The position numbers were made by a program, and so were the translations under genes. A stretch of DNA of 63,064 bases, the filler included, from Saprolegnia diclina VS20 (Eukaryota): assembly GCF_000281045.1 (NCBI RefSeq). It is 5 parts of 2 records of this genome, joined end to end, with 100 filler letters (N's around TTAATTAATTAA, not from the genome) between each part and the next. Parts side by side here need not be neighbours in the genome. Positions count along the whole stretch, not along the records: positions 1 to 13,010 come from NW_008246140.1; positions 13,111 to 34,345 come from NW_008246141.1; 3 more parts are not named here. The stretch is one strand, 5' to 3'. How positions within the stretch are numbered: the first letter of the stretch is position 1; each line of letters opens with the position of its first letter. Positions 1 through 13,360 of this stretch are shown one piece after another. The notes under the pieces are model-generated. The model did not search any database and had not been told where the DNA came from. It worked only from the letters and a program-made list of their open reading frames with translations.

Positions 1-160
1 ACCAGCTACGTCGCTGGACGTTTGGACCGCAAGCAGGGAGAGAGGCGTCCTCTTCCAGTGCATTGGACTGTCGTGACGCAACACGCCTTCTTTGGACGGA
101 ATGCCGGTGAAATTATGAGACACGCACGATCCAAGACGTTATGTCGTAGTCTAGAGCTAC

Positions 161-1160
161 CTAGACGTAGACAGGCGAGAGGACGGGAACGTCCATCGCC
201 AATGCTTGTTGGTCGACTTGGCCTTCGAGGAGCTTGGCGATCCACGTGTCGAGCACGTCGATCGTCACGTCCGACGATGGCGGCATGACTGCGCACTTGG
301 CTGTGTTGTTGACAATTGCGATCAAGAAACCTAAGAAATGCGATTTCACATGCTAAAAAATGCGAAAAATAAGTACCGTCGTCGTGCCGGAGGCCTTGCT
401 GCTCGAAAAACGCAGCCCACATGTCCCGCATATCGCCCGTCTCGGCGTCGCACCACGTGCACGTCACCGGGTCCCGCGCCACGGCCAAGGCCACGTGCTC
501 CATGAGTCGCCATTGCTGCAGCGGGCTGCAAAACACCGGGTCGGCCCGAACACAAAAGACGAGCGTGCGGCGTCCCCGGCGCGACAGATGCGCGCTTGTC
601 AGCTCGGCCACGTGCGGGGCGTACGTAGCAGCAAGCGACTGGAACGGGCTGGCGCTGGTCGGCAACTTGGGCGGCGGCGATGGCGCTTGTGCCCGGGCTG
701 GAGGTGGCGACGTCGCTATAGGCTCTTCTGGCTGAAGCTGCGACCAGAGAAAGGCAACGAGAAGCCCCACAATGATGAGCACGTACAGCATCGACCCGCC
801 GCCGGCGTTTTGGCGTGGCGTCGAAGTGTACTGGTACGAGTAGTATTGCTGGTGCTGCTGCTGGTGGTGGTAGTGGTGCTGGTAATGCGACTGTTGCGAC
901 TGCTGCGACTGCTGCGAGTAGGACGACGAAGGCTTCTTGGTCAGCGCCTCGTATGCGGCTTGGATCTCGACAAACTTGGTTGTCGCGGCTGCGTCACCGC
1001 CTGTCTTGTCGGGATGGTACTGAATCGCGAGCTTCTTGTAGGCGCGCTTGATGTGTGCTTCGGACGCGCCTCGGCGGACGCCCAGCGTCTGGTACGGGTC
1101 CATCGCAGCCATCGCGAGCGCGGCCAGGAGCAGCAGCCCGACGCCGACGAGCCGGGCCAT
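161..1160 (-). CDS. Secretory-pathway DnaJ (J-domain) protein with signal peptide, TM segment and probable thioredoxin-like C-terminal region (DNAJC16/ERdj-like architecture); 2 exons (1160-377, 330-161)
   Basis: MARLVGVGLLLLAALAMAA signal peptide, then DPYQTLGV...IKRAYKKLAIQYHPDK (HPD motif), a Q/H-rich linker and TM MLYVLIIVGLLVAFLW. A 46-nt GTAC...TTAG intron (376-331) joins to GFLIAIVNN...LDTWIAKLLEG, stop at 161. Confidence 0.85.
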
Positions 1161-3178
1161 GCTGCACGAGCAAGGTGCGGGCGATGAGGTGTAACGATGT
1201 CCGGATGGTATGCGGATTGCGGCTAAACGCACGCCACCTTAGCCAGCCGCAGCCAAGTGCAAAGTGGGGTTGCCATCTCGCGACTGTGTACATCTCTGCT
1301 GTTCGATTGGGTAATACATGATGCAATAGCGGGGCTATGAACTACTGCAATAGACGTTGAGTCTTGCCATCATGTACACCGCGCAGTCAATACATGCAGA
1401 TACCATTCCGGTCGTAGTCGGTGCAGGTCAAGGACTGTTTAACATTTTCTTGCACTGGAATAGTCTGGCTCGACGGCTGCTCGAAATCACGGCTGGAAGA
1501 TGCGCAGCACTCTGATTGGCAGAGCAGCAATGCTGGTGTCAGGTGGAGAGTGTGGGTTCAGGTGGAGAGTGTGTGAGCTGTTGCAGCTGCAGCTACTCGA
1601 TTGCCATCGACAGCGTTTGTCAAACTAAATCCTGTACATGTCGTGAAATACAGCGTTGGTGTAGACCGTTGTCATAGATGAGTGCTATTAATTCGTTTAA
1701 CCGGATATGTCGAAAGTGCTACTATTGGCTTGGTGTACGGACCGGCTGCTTCGCCTCACATCATGGTCAGTTGGTGTAGACCGAGATTAGCAATCGTATT
1801 CTTTCCGAGCTCGAGTACACTGTTGTTCTTGTTGTTCTTGTTGTTGCTGGTAGTGGTGGTGGCGAAATGCTGGTTTGATCACGATGAGCCATGAGCTTGC
1901 TGGTGACTAGGTGGGACTCGCACACTGAGCGCATCCTTCAGTCAACGCCTTTCACCACGGTTACGGACTTCGACGGCGACTGCGTAACCAAGTACTGGTA
2001 TGTGTTCATTGGATCATCGGACTTTCACATTGACGACACGACGTCTGAACTTCTTCTCGTTGGGGGCTTGATTCTTGCTAAAGGCATTTAATTGTTGTGT
2101 TACGTCTCGTGAATACTACAACATGGCGCTGTCTGGCCCCACGTAGCAGCTCCAGAATCGAGTCTGGTCGACACCGTGTCCCTGCGTTTCAGAAGCCTCT
2201 CTCGTTCCAGATGGTGAGCATGTCACGCCCTATGTACGTGGGGGTAGGGGTATGCACCACGCCAGTGCTACGACAACATTCATCGACTGTATAGTGTACG
2301 ACTCTATATTACTCCCAGCCTGCAAAAGGCCGGTGCCTTGTTTGAATCGTGATATATGTGTCAACTGAACCAGCATTGTACCATCCGCAGTCAAGGACAT
2401 AGCGTATCTTCCACGGCATCGAAGCATTGACGACCATTGATCACAAGCAAGATTAACAATAGATCACTAACGTTAGTAAGAAGACTCGAATGATCGACCA
2501 CCGTCAAAGCCTCGGCGCCTCTCCTCGGTATAGAGCATTGGGTGTAGAGAGCGCCTCGGTGTACGGGGTACAGACATCCTCTGCGTTAATTGACAACCGC
2601 GTTAATTGACAAAAATAAGCCCGTGTTCAGTATACCAATACAAAATATGTGTTGTGTTACAAGCAGAACTTATTATCTTGCATTCATCAGTATTTACATA
2701 GATATACCAAGTAGGATTACCAACGCCACATGTCGTTCCAGGGCCTATCGTACGGCTGGCATTGCTCTAAAATGCCCAACACATGGGTAGAATCCCATGC
2801 TTTTCAGATCTTTTGTCAATTAACGCAGAATATGTCTGTATCAAATCATTTATGCGCCTGCGATTACAATGCTTCTCAAATACCAGGATTGTGTCGGAAT
2901 TCCATACGACGTTGCCCGTAATGCAGGTGGTTGCATCCGAATCCGTGCTGGACAGCGTGCCACGTCATTGTGCGTGGTCGTGCTGTGAATACAGGGCACA
3001 TATGTGGCTTTTTAGAACAGGGAGGGCGGAAATGCAGCGCGTAGGGACACCGCCACCACCACCCGTCGTCTAAAGATCGGGCGCCGTTAGGGTAAAGTAG
3101 CTCTAGTGTAGGGTTACCAACCAGCGCTTGCCTTGCCTGTGAGCAGTACGTAGAATGAACCACCAGTGGAGAACGGTC

Positions 3179-3195
3179 GCACATTCCCATTTCGC
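3179..3195 (+). promoter_or_regulatory. Putative oomycete Inr/FPR core promoter element
   Basis: GCACATTCCCATTTCGC resembles the oomycete initiator consensus (GC-T/A-CATTYY-N-C-ATTT) and lies about 16-30 nt upstream of ATG 3211. Confidence 0.45.
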
Positions 3196-3210
3196 TTGCA
3201 GCGCACACTC

Positions 3211-4354
3211 ATGGCTATCAACCCGCCGGTTTCGATGCTGCACGACACGGAAACGACGTCGTCCGTCGTCGCATGGCGCACCGACGACGACTACGTGGAA
3301 AAAGATGACGTTGCGGTGGCGTCGGCCAAGCGCCGGCGCTTGCTTGCCGTTGTCGCCGGCCTTGTGCTCGTCGCGATCGGCGTCACGACAACGCTGCTCG
3401 TAACAAGCGGCGCCAACGACGCTTCGGCATCGTCGAACGTGGTGACGACGGCACCGACGCCGGCACCGACCGCAACGACCAACAACACCGAGTCTATTGT
3501 GAGCGCTGTGGGCGCACTACCGCTAACTATTGAGCCACTAAACAGCTCGTACGCGGTTGAAAGCACCAACGTGAACGCTACGGCGTCGCCGACCCCGAGG
3601 ACCGAGACACCGGCGCCAACAACCAAGACCCCGGCGCCGACAACCGAGACCCCGGCGCCGACAACCGAGACACCGGCGCCAACGACGGTGACACCGGCAC
3701 CGACAACGAGCACACCGGCACCGACGACGGTGACACCGAAACCCACGACGACGACGCCCCCGGCCGCCCCGGGTGTCCCCAAGAACGCGATTCGCGTCCA
3801 AAACAACTGCGGCATGGCGGTCGAGCTCATGTACATTCTGCGCGTTGGCGCCAAACATACCATCTACTACGAGCCCATCTCCAAGGACGGCTACTACGAC
3901 GTCCTCGGGAGCCGATACGACGGCGGCACCCTTCGTATCGGGCGCTCCGAGAGCGCGACGTGTACGGCATCATTGGGTCCATGTTTAAGGGGCTCAAAGC
4001 GACGTATCTAGTGTTTGAGTTTGGCCATGGCGAAGGCAAGCACTGGTACGACATCAGCGTTGTGCCGCCAGGGGTACGACTTTCGATACCCACTTTAGTC
4101 CTTATGGTCATATTGCCTAGTGCGACTCTGGCCACCACTCGTGGAAGGAGTGTATGGACTACAACCACGGGCGCACGGGCTACAATGTGCCAATGAAGGT
4201 CGAGGTGCAGTCGTATACCAACCACGACACGTTTCGCTGCCGTAACGTCGAGTGCCGCCACGAGCAGTGCGATGAGGGCTACCAGTTCCCCGGCGACAAC
4301 CTCAAGTGCATGGACTGCGCCCACGACGAGTCGTTTCTTGTCACTGTCTGTTGA
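3211..4354 (+). CDS. Type II membrane-anchored small thaumatin-like/Bys1-like protein with Thr/Pro stalk, copy 1 (exons 3211-3961, 4012-4073, 4121-4354)
   Basis: KRRR + TM LLAVVAGLVLVAIGVTTTLLV, an (ETPAPTT)n stalk, then IRVQNNC...LFEF...WYDISVVPPGC...GYNVPM...C..GYQFPGDN..C...FLVTVC*. Introns 3962-4011 and 4074-4120 are GT-AG and restore the frame. Confidence 0.75.
3601..3750 (+). repeat. 21-nt coding minisatellite (ETPAPTT-type mucin-like stalk)
   Basis: About 7 imperfect copies of ACCGAGACACCGGCGCCAACA; a shorter tract occurs at about 5680-5790 in the paralog. Confidence 0.85.
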
Positions 4355-5256
4355 AGTCGACTACGAGTGATCGATTGAAATTTTTCGACAGGATATTCGA
4401 GTACTTGTTGAATCTATACATCATTGCTGGTTTGGCTTTACCGTCACGCAGTCATCTATCGGTGCTTCCTGTCGAGAGAGCTCGCGCTACTAGGACTAGT
4501 ATTCCCAGGTTGACGTTTGGTGTGCGAGATGGCTGGATTGTTGCGTGCGCACAGCCATCCCGTCCGCGTACTTTATCGAGTCAATATAAAAAGCAAGGTT
4601 CTCATCAATGACGTTGCGCACTTAATCGAGCGCAAAAGCGAATTTAGACCAATCGCATGTCTGCTTTGGCCGCGCGGGGTTTGGATTGGGTAAAATTGCT
4701 GTACGATGCGTGTCAATGTATCAAATTGCTCGTCCGGGTCCACGACGACCTCGGGAACCCCGATGTGCTTTGAGTAAACACGTATCTCGACTGGTCGTTT
4801 AGTCTAGTGTACTATGAATATACAACTGGTCGAACATGCACAGTCGAGTACTGGACGGACGGTCTGGTTCTGATAACCTGGCGGGCATCGCACCTGATCA
4901 CGCAGCACGCATCGACATTCCTCCCAACCCAATCGCATGCCGTTGACACCACCGTTCGCAATACACTTACGACAAGACTGCAGCTTGCCGCCTTGTAAGC
5001 TGCCGTGTGCCCCTACCCTTCACGCCACGGCATTTCGTCTTTTGGTGTAGTCGATCAATTCGGGTCCTATGCATAAAACCAAAGCGCAATAAAACCAGCG
5101 TGGCACGAACCAGAGCCATCGCATGAACGTTGGACGACCCACGACGAGACGCGGTGGAGATGGGTGTGCGACCACGTTGGACGACGCGTGAGTCGCTCTC
5201 GGTCGACGACGACAACAACCCGGTTCATTACCCGTTTTACTCGCGCTCGAGCAGCG

Positions 5257-6386
5257 ATGGCGGTCGAGTCGCCCATTTCAACGATCGATGGCCACGGGAA
5301 GCGGTCGTCGGTCATCGTTTGGCGCATGACGGACGAGCGCGAGTACATGGAGAAGGACGACGTCGCCGTCGCCTCTGCTCGGCGGCGCCGCCTCCTCGTC
5401 GTTGTCGCTGGCCTTGTCCTTGTTGCGATCGGTGTGACGACGACGCTGATCGCGACGAGCGGCGCCAAAGAAGCCTCGACAGCGTCAGCGTTTGCACTGA
5501 CGTCCACCACGAGCCCGGCCCCGGTTATTCTACCGCAAGACGCCGATAAGAACACAGAGGCGTTTGTCGCGATTGTCGGGACACTGCCATCGACGACGAC
5601 CGAGCCGCCAAACGAACCGCACCTGATCGATTCGAGCACCCATCGGACACCGACACCGACGGTCAACGCCACGACAACCCCGGTGCCAACAACCGAGACA
5701 CCGGCGCCAACGACGGTGACACCGGCACCGACAACGAGCACACCGGCACCGACAACAGTGACACCGAAACCCACGACGACGGCACCGCCGCCCGCCCCGG
5801 GTGTCGCCAAGAATGCGATTCGCGTCCAAAACAACTGCGACAAGGACATTGAGCTCATGTACATTCTGCGCGTTGGCAACAACCACCCGGTTTACTACGA
5901 GCAGATCAAGAAGGGCGGGTACTACGACATTGACGGCACCCGGTACGACGGCGGCACCCTTCGCGTCGGGCGGTCCGAGAGCGCAACACGTACGTGCTGC
6001 CACGTCCATGTGCTCGTCTGACGATTGACATGGCTAGTCTTTGAGTTTAGCCACGACCTCGGCAAGCACTGGTACGACATCAGTGTCGTGCCACCGGGGG
6101 TACGTTCGAGCACTATTCTTACGTGACGATGATTCTCACCGAGCAATTCTAGTGCGACGATGGCCACCACTCGTGGAAGGAGTGCATGGAGTACAACCAC
6201 TGGCGCACGGGCTTCAATGTGCCAATGAAGGTCGAGGTGCAGTCGTTCACCAACCACGACACGTTTCGCTGCCGCAACCTCGAGTGCCGCCACGAGCAGT
6301 GCCCCGATGCGTTCTTGTACCCGGCCGACAACCTCAAGAATATGGACTGCCCGTACGACGAGTCGTTCGTCGTCACAGTGTGCTAA
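5257..6386 (+). CDS. Type II membrane-anchored small thaumatin-like/Bys1-like protein, copy 2 (tandem paralog, 3 exons)
   Basis: Same architecture and intron positions as 3211-4354: YMEKDDVAVASARRRR + TM, Thr/Pro stalk, NAIRVQNNC, WYDISVVPPG, GFNVPM, CPDAFLYPADN...FVVTVC*. Confidence 0.75.
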
Positions 6387-7267
6387 GTCCACCCTCTTTA
6401 ACCAACAACAAAAAATCTACCATTTCCAAGCACTGCATCTGCATACTGTAGCAGACGCGTGGCGAGTCATCAAGTCGCCGATGATGGAATCGATACAAAG
6501 GCAGCAAACGTCGATTCAGGACTCCTGTCGATAGCACGCGCATATGTCTTGCCTCGTGCGAAAGAGAGGTGCTAATGCATTTCCTCGTTGCAGAGAGTAA
6601 GCAAGTTGCCAACGAACACCAAACGGCGAGTGGCTCCGTGAGGCCCGCCCACCACCATGGACAGCGGTGATTTCTCTCGCTAAGATACCAGCTCTTCAGT
6701 TTATAAACGCTGTCGAATGCTTCCGCGCACGTACGCGTCAAACTTTCAGCGTTGAGCTTACTAAGTGTCGACGAACGCAAAAACGTTATATCTATCTATA
6801 CTAGTATTCGCGCGGTTACGCTCNNNNNNNNNNNNNNNNNNNNNNNNNNNNNNNNNNNNNNNNNNNNNNNNNNNNNNNNNNNNNNNNNNNNNNNNNNNNN
6901 NNNNNNNNNNNNNNNNNNNNNNNNNNNNNNNNNNNNNNNNNNNNNNNNNNNNNNNNNNNNNNNNNNNNNNNNNNNNNNNNNNNNNNNNNNNNNNNNNNNN
7001 NNNNNNNNNNNNNNNNNNNNNNNNNNNNNNNNNNNNNNNNNNNNNNNNNNNNNNNNNNNNNNNNNNNNNNNNNNNNNNNNNNNNNNNNNNNNNNNNNNNN
7101 NNNNNNNNNNNNNNNNNNNNNNNNNNNNNNNNNNNNNNNNNNNNNNNNNNNNNNNNNNNNNNNNNNNNNNNNNNNNNNNNNNNNNNNNNNNNNNNNNNNN
7201 NNNNNNNNNNNNNNNNNNNNNNNNNNNNNNNNNNNNNNNNNNNNNNNNNNNNNNNNNNNNNNNNNNA

Positions 7268-10200
7268 AACGTTCGAGATGGCCCACACGGAGCGTCGGCA
7301 AGAGCGCTGTGAGCGCCAGTATCAAGCCAACGCGGCCGTGTACCTCGAAGCCATTCTGCGCAACCAAAACTGGGACGCGTACTTGACAGCGTGGGCCAGC
7401 AGTGGCCTCAATTTCAATGTCGCTATTCAGCGTGGGCTGGAAGAAACAGTCGCAGGTCGCTCGTTTCTATCGCAAATGGCGACGACGGCCAACACAACGT
7501 CGGTGGCCGACGAACTAACCTACTGGCGGTCGTACAACTTGTCGATCTTTGAGCTGCAGTGGCAGAGTCGGTGGCAACCCGGCGTCTCTGAGACCATCGT
7601 CGTGTCGAACGCTCTTGGGAGACAAGAAAACTACACGTTGAAAGCACTCGACCAAGTCACGGGCCCGTGGTCGACCCAAAATATGTTCTGGATTTCACTC
7701 AACGACTTCTTCAACTCGATGCTCATGAACCGGAGCTTTGTCCGGGGCACGAGTCGGTACTTTGGCGCCAACATCAGTGCATTACCGGCCATCAACTTGG
7801 AGACGTATCGAGGCATGGCCGACAGCCGTGGCAACCTCGTCGGGAAAGCGTGGATTTTTCATACCTTTATCGGGCCGTACCTCAGCATTGACATTCGCTA
7901 CAAGCTGCGGCCATCGCCACTTGTAGCTGCGTACAACCGGTTCCAAGACGTCGTCTTAGAGCATCTCGCAACGTCGGCAGCAAGGTTTGCATCGTTTGCC
8001 AGTCTTCCATCTGTGGTTTTGACGCCGACGCCGCCTCGGTGGCGTAACCACACGTACTTCGGCGGCGATCCGTCGTGTGTTGCTGGCCGCGCCGCGACGT
8101 ACGTTCAAAAATCGTTTGGCTTTTACGACGACTGCTCACAAATGACACCGCTGACCGTGCAGCCAGCGCCTTTCGCTTTGCTTTTGGCGCTTCTGGCAAG
8201 CAATGGAGCCGCTCTCTCTACCATCTGCGGTCTCTCTTCGACGCCAGGCCCTTGTACAACAGCGCTCTCTGCAGCATCCAACTGGTTGAAAGAGGTACCT
8301 ATTCCAGACGACCTCTTGTCCATGCTCGAGTCGCTGCCACCGGTTCTTCAGGATACGCAAGTTGGTTTTATGCAGTTTGCAACCTCAGCAAATGGCTCGT
8401 GGGTGCTCTTGCAGCAGCCGCTGCTCGGCTCTCTTGACGATCCTTGGACGTTCTATGGCTGGTGCTTTGCAGCCGACTGGGCCGCCGGACTCCGCCAAGC
8501 CGCTTCGTTTGAAGGCGATGTCTCCTCGATTGTCCTTCTTTCCAACGCGTATACTAGTCAGCACTATATCACGAGCAACCAACCTCTCGAGACCGCCACC
8601 AAGATGGTCTACTACGTCGTCATGGTTACCTCAACGTACCTCGTCAGTGTCGGCGTCTTCGCTCTTCTCTACACCTTCTTCAGTCGCTTTCAGGTCGTCA
8701 GTAGCAACCTCCTTCGGTTCAACCGGCTCGTGGGGTCGGTCTGGGTCGGTCGCCAGCTCATGTTTATCCGCGGCATGAGCGCAATTCTGCTTTTGAGCGC
8801 GCCGCAACTTCAACTGACTTCGTCATTTGGCTACACGCGCATGGTGGCGCGTCCTCGGTCGTATGTGGAAGCCGCCGTGATTGCGGGCGAAGCTACGTGG
8901 TTCACCTACAGTCTCCACGACCTTTTGGTGCTCGTCTTGGCCGATATGACGCGCATCTATGCGCCGCTCAGCACCGCGTTCGTATGGCTGTCGCATCTCG
9001 CGCTCGACGTGACGGCCCCCGTTGGCATCTCTATCGAGATCGATCGGCGCTGCGTCGGACAGGATATGGACTTTGGACTTCTCTGCACCGCGGGACGCAT
9101 CTTTGTCGGCAGCAGCGACCGCGTGCTGCTCCTTCTGTGGCTGCAAGTCGCCTCGGTTTGTATATCGGTTATCATCACTCGCCTACTCCAGCGCGTCTTG
9201 CACGGCAACTGGCGCGTTCCCGAAACAGAGTCTCTCCTTACTGGCTCGGCCCACGCCTTTGCCGCGCCGATAAAGTCGACGGCCGAGTGGACGCACGGAG
9301 GCGACACGTACGACCGCGTCACGTGCCTTCTCTGCGGTTTCCTGCCCATCACGATTGGTGGCAACCGCTACATCTTGGACCTGCCGCTCTGGATCTTAAC
9401 TGCAGACTCGCTCTCGGTCTCCCGGGTCCGGTCCATTCTTCCGATAAGTCCGCAGCCCGAGCATGTGTTTCAAGCAAAGCCACCGAGAGTGTTCGTGTCG
9501 TGGGGTCGGCGCTGGCGCAAGACCCTTGCCGTGCTTGGTCTGAGCTACGTTGTCGTTGCCATTCTGGGCAGTGTCTCGTACTTTGAGATTTCCAAAGTCA
9601 ACTTGGCCAACGATCTCTACTGGCCCAACTTTAACGTCACGGGCCACCACACGTTTTTTGCCAACTGGCTCAACGAACAGCTCGTGCTGGGTTTGGACAA
9701 CCACAATATTGCGCTCGATGATCCAAGCATCAACCTCCTCGGCTCCTATGCAGCGCCGACAGCGTTCGTCTCGACCGTCAACAACTATGGTGCCTGGCTC
9801 CAGCACAATGATCTCAGTGCGATTGAAACCTCGATTGCGGGTCTTCGCGTCTCGGATGCGTGCAACGCGCCGTGGATCTTTACGCCGTACTGCTACCTCG
9901 ACTGGAAGAAGCGATGGCAAATCGCCTACTCCAGCCAGCGCCAACTGCGGTGTCAGAAGATGGAGACGAACGCTGCCGTGTACCTCGAGTCGGTGCTGCG
10001 CAACATTGACTACGCAACCTTTGCGTATTGTTGGGGCAGTGCGTTTGAGACGGCGTTTGGTGCTGAGCTGCGACAGTCGTCCGACGGTCAAGACTGGCTG
10101 CATTCCGTGTCGACAGAGCGACTGCCGCTGCAAGATGAAATCGCGCTGTGGCGCCAGCACAATCTATCAATCTTTCAAGTGCAGTGGCAAAACTACAAGC

Positions 10201-12139
10201 GTATCGGCGCCATCAACAGTTATACCATAACCAACGCGTACGGTGTCGCCTACCCAATGCCGTTGATGGCCCTCAACGGCAGCTACCGCTGGAGCAGTCA
10301 GACAACGTACAAGATGTACTGGTCGCTCGCCAACGATCTCTCTGCGATTGCATCCAACACCAGTGGTATCGGCGGTCTCAGTCTTTTGCGAACGAGTCCT
10401 CGGTTCGCCTTTGCCAACACGTCGCTGCAAGCCGTCCTCACAACAAACTTGACGTTGATGTCGCCGCTTCCCAACGGACTCGCCCTTGTCACCGCGACGC
10501 TTGGNNNNNNNNNNNNNNNNNNNNNNNNNNNNNNNNNNNNNNNNNNNNNNNNNNNNNNNNNNNNNNNNNNNNNNNNNNNNNNNNNNNNNNNNNNNNNNNN
10601 NNNNNNNNNNNNNNNNNNNNNNNNNNNNNNNNNNNNNNNNNNNNNNNNNNNNNNNNNNNNNNNNNNNNNNNNNNNNNNNNNNNNNNNNNNNNNNNNNNNN
10701 NNNNNNNNNNNNNNNNNNNNNNNNNNNNNNNNNNNNNNNNNNNNNNNNNNNNNNNNNNNNNNNNNNNNNNNNNNNNNNNNNNNNNNNNNNNNNNNNNNNN
10801 NNNNNNNNNNNNNNNNNNNNNNNNNNNNNNNNNNNNNNNNNNNNNNNNNNNNNNNNNNNNNNNNNNNNNNNNNNNNNNNNNNNNNNNNNNNNNNNNNNNN
10901 NNNNNNNNNNNNNNNNNNNNNNNNNNNNNNNNNNNNNNNNNNNNNNNNNNNNNNNNNNNNNNNNNNNNNNNNNNNNNNNNNNNNNNNNNNNNNNNNNNNN
11001 NNNNNNNNNNNNNNNNNNNNNNNNNNNNNNNNNNNNNNNNNNNNNNNNNNNNNNNNNNNNNNNNNNNNNNNNNNNNNNNNNNNNNNNNNNNNNNNNNNNN
11101 NNNNNNNNNNNNNNNNNNNNNNNNNNNNNNNNNNNNNNNNNNNNNNNNNNNNNNNNNNNNNNNNNNNNNNNNNNNNNNNNNNNNNNNNNNNNNNNNNNNN
11201 NNNNNNNNNNNNNNNNNNNNNNNNNNNNNNNNNNNNNNNCCGCTCCTCCAGCAAGTACAGCCGTGGCTTCTCACCAAAGACATTGCCACGTACTTTCAAG
11301 CTGTCGTCTCGTTCGTAACACTCATGATTCTTCTCGTGGCCGTGACGACAACAGTGTACATGATTTTGTGCCGTGGACACTTTGTCGGTACCAATATGCT
11401 CAAGCTCGACCGCGTCGGCGGCATCGTCTGGGTCGGTCGGCCGCTGCTGTTTCTTCGGTCGCTCACGGCCCTCTGCGTCCTCTCGACGGCGCCCCTCGAC
11501 CTTGCGAGCTCGGGGACCGTTGCGTACTTTACAGTCGTCCCCACGTCGACGACCAAGTTGCTTCTGGCGGCGTGGGAGGTCACGTGGCTTGCGACTGTCG
11601 TCGAAGACATTGCGCTTGTCGCGACACGCGAGTACGCACGCTACTATGTGCAGCTCAACTGCCTCGTGCTCTGGGTCGTCGCGTCGACCTTGTCCATGAT
11701 GCAGCCCGTCGTTGTTGCCAGCGCCATTGAGAAAGCCTGTCGCCTCGACCAAGTCGATTTTCAAATCGTGTGCAGCTCCGGGACGATCACGATTGGACAA
11801 GTGGACCGCCTCGTTCTACTGAGCGCCTTGGTGCTGAGCAGCAACTTCATTTGCTACGTCGTGAGTCGGGTTGCCCTCGGGCCGCGCCCCCCGTGCCCCG
11901 CGTCGTCAGTGCACCTCGCGGCGAGCGCGAAATATTACTTTAGCCACGACGCCCGCATCCGCGATGGCGTCTACTACCTCGATTGCGCGTCGGCCGTCCT
12001 GAACGGCTTGCTCACGCTGCGCTACAAGCAGACCATGTACGCCCTCGATGTCAAGCTCTGGCGCATCTTTGTCGTTCCCAGTCGTCAAGGCGACGACGAC
12101 GAGTGGCACCTATGTTATCCACTGCAAAATGCACTGTAG
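7268..12139 (+). CDS. Large internally duplicated multi-pass membrane protein of unknown function (5' end and a middle part lost in N gaps)
   Basis: Long open frame 7268-10504 and C-terminal frame 11240-12139 are homologous to 16586-21832 (ANAAVYLEAILRN, SFEGD, RLVGSVWVGRQLMFIRG, LANDLYWPNFN, DRVGGIVWVGRPLLFLRS, DVKLW). Confidence 0.8.
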
Positions 12140-13010
12140 TCCACCTCTTTTTGTCGCGACTTGGGCTGCCTGCTGTGACGGCGTGCTGTACTTGAAGACG
12201 ACTAATGGCTTGTAGAAGTACACGTGTTTTAGGCTCTGCAGCGAGCGTCGACGTAAAAACGTCAGATCACCTCAGCACAGCAGACGTTCTGTGTATGTAA
12301 AGCTTGCAAACTACATACAGCTCTAGCAAGTTCCCGCCTTGGCAGCACCCCTTCGTATCCCCCCTTCCACCTACAGGGCCCGGCCTAAAGTGCCCAAACT
12401 CTCGGCAAGATTTGGTGGCCAGGCACAGCAATACTAGATTATGTGGATAGAAAGGGTTGTCTACTCTAGTGGCGCAGTTATGGACGCCCCACACCGATAG
12501 TCAGGCGAAATTGTGAGTGGGTGCTTCGTCGTCCAAGCGATTGCAGCTGCAGCGTACTAGTACGCCACCAAACTCACTGCGCATCCGATCTTCGCGCCAG
12601 CCACCACCCATGTTCCTCGCAAGAGACAAACACAGTCGAAATGACAACTTGCATCAATGAATGTCCTTCTGTATCAGCAAATAAGCCGCAAAAGACTACG
12701 ATCACACCTGTTGTCACGGTGCGAGCGCGTCTGCCACGTCGACGTCGATGTCGTCGGAAAGGTCACAGACGGCAAAGGGCACGTCACGGACCAGAGCGAG
12801 TGCCCGCAAGAACGCACGATTGTCGTCGTCGTCTTTCCGCATATGCGTCGGTAGGGAGAGCTCGCGGAAAGTAGAGCCAATGTGCCTGGCAGAAAGTGCA
12901 AAATGCGAATCGTAATTTATCCGGAATTCATATCTTTATCCGGAACTCCTACGTACGAAAAACCGGACGACACTGAAACTGCTCTGCAGTGACCACTTGC
13001 ACAGGACAAC

Positions 13011-13110
13011 NNNNNNNNNNNNNNNNNNNNNNNNNNNNNNNNNNNNNNNNNNNNTTAATTAATTAANNNNNNNNNNNNNNNNNNNNNNNNNNNNNNNNNN
13101 NNNNNNNNNN
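13011..13110. other. Artificial contig-join spacer N44-TTAATTAATTAA-N44
   Basis: Exactly 100 nt with an all-frame-stop linker; identical structures at 34346-34445, 53263-53362 and 59951-60050. Confidence 0.95.
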
Positions 13111-13293
13111 TGCTCATCCCTCGAGGGTGCCATCATAAGTCTGCGCAATACGTCCTTGAACAGCGTTCATTGGCTCCCGACGCAGTACTGCTGGATCGAC
13201 TTTGAAAAAACGTTCGAGCTTGCGTACACCGAATCGCGGCAGAAGCGCTGTTTTCATCGATACGCCGCCAACGGCGCCGTGTACCTCGAGGCT
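13111..13293 (+). pseudogene. Truncated ~180-bp fragment of the large membrane-protein family, nearly identical to about 16928-17110
   Basis: SSLEGAIISLRNTSLNSVHWLPTQYCWIDFEKTFELAYTESRQKRCFHRYAANGAVYLEA, then unrelated sequence with a stop; only a few substitutions versus the intact copy. Confidence 0.7.
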
Positions 13294-13360
13294 TCAAGAT
13301 AGTATAGTCGTATACACAAACAATTAGGTAGCATCACTATGGTTCAACGAGGAATCGTTT

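Noticed and set aside
1500..3100. Possible decayed gene or transposon in the long intergenic region (short duplication CAGGTGGAGAGTGTG at about 1540-1574; trinucleotide-like runs at about 1820-1865)
   Set aside because: I could not recover any recognisable protein motif or termini.
6752..7367. Long ORFs spanning N runs (also 10486-11730, 34748-35720, 49043-50601, 57537-59255)
   Set aside because: Their length comes from translating Ns; only the flanking segments with homology were used.
13055..13066. TTAATTAATTAA palindrome recurring four times (also within 34346-34445, 53263-53362, 59951-60050)
   Set aside because: Always centred in exactly 44+44 Ns: an artificial six-frame-stop contig linker, not a biological site.
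13111..13293. Fragment as a deliberate donor cassette for the 16586 gene
   Set aside because: It abuts an artificial join, so it may be an allelic or truncated contig end; there is no evidence for function.
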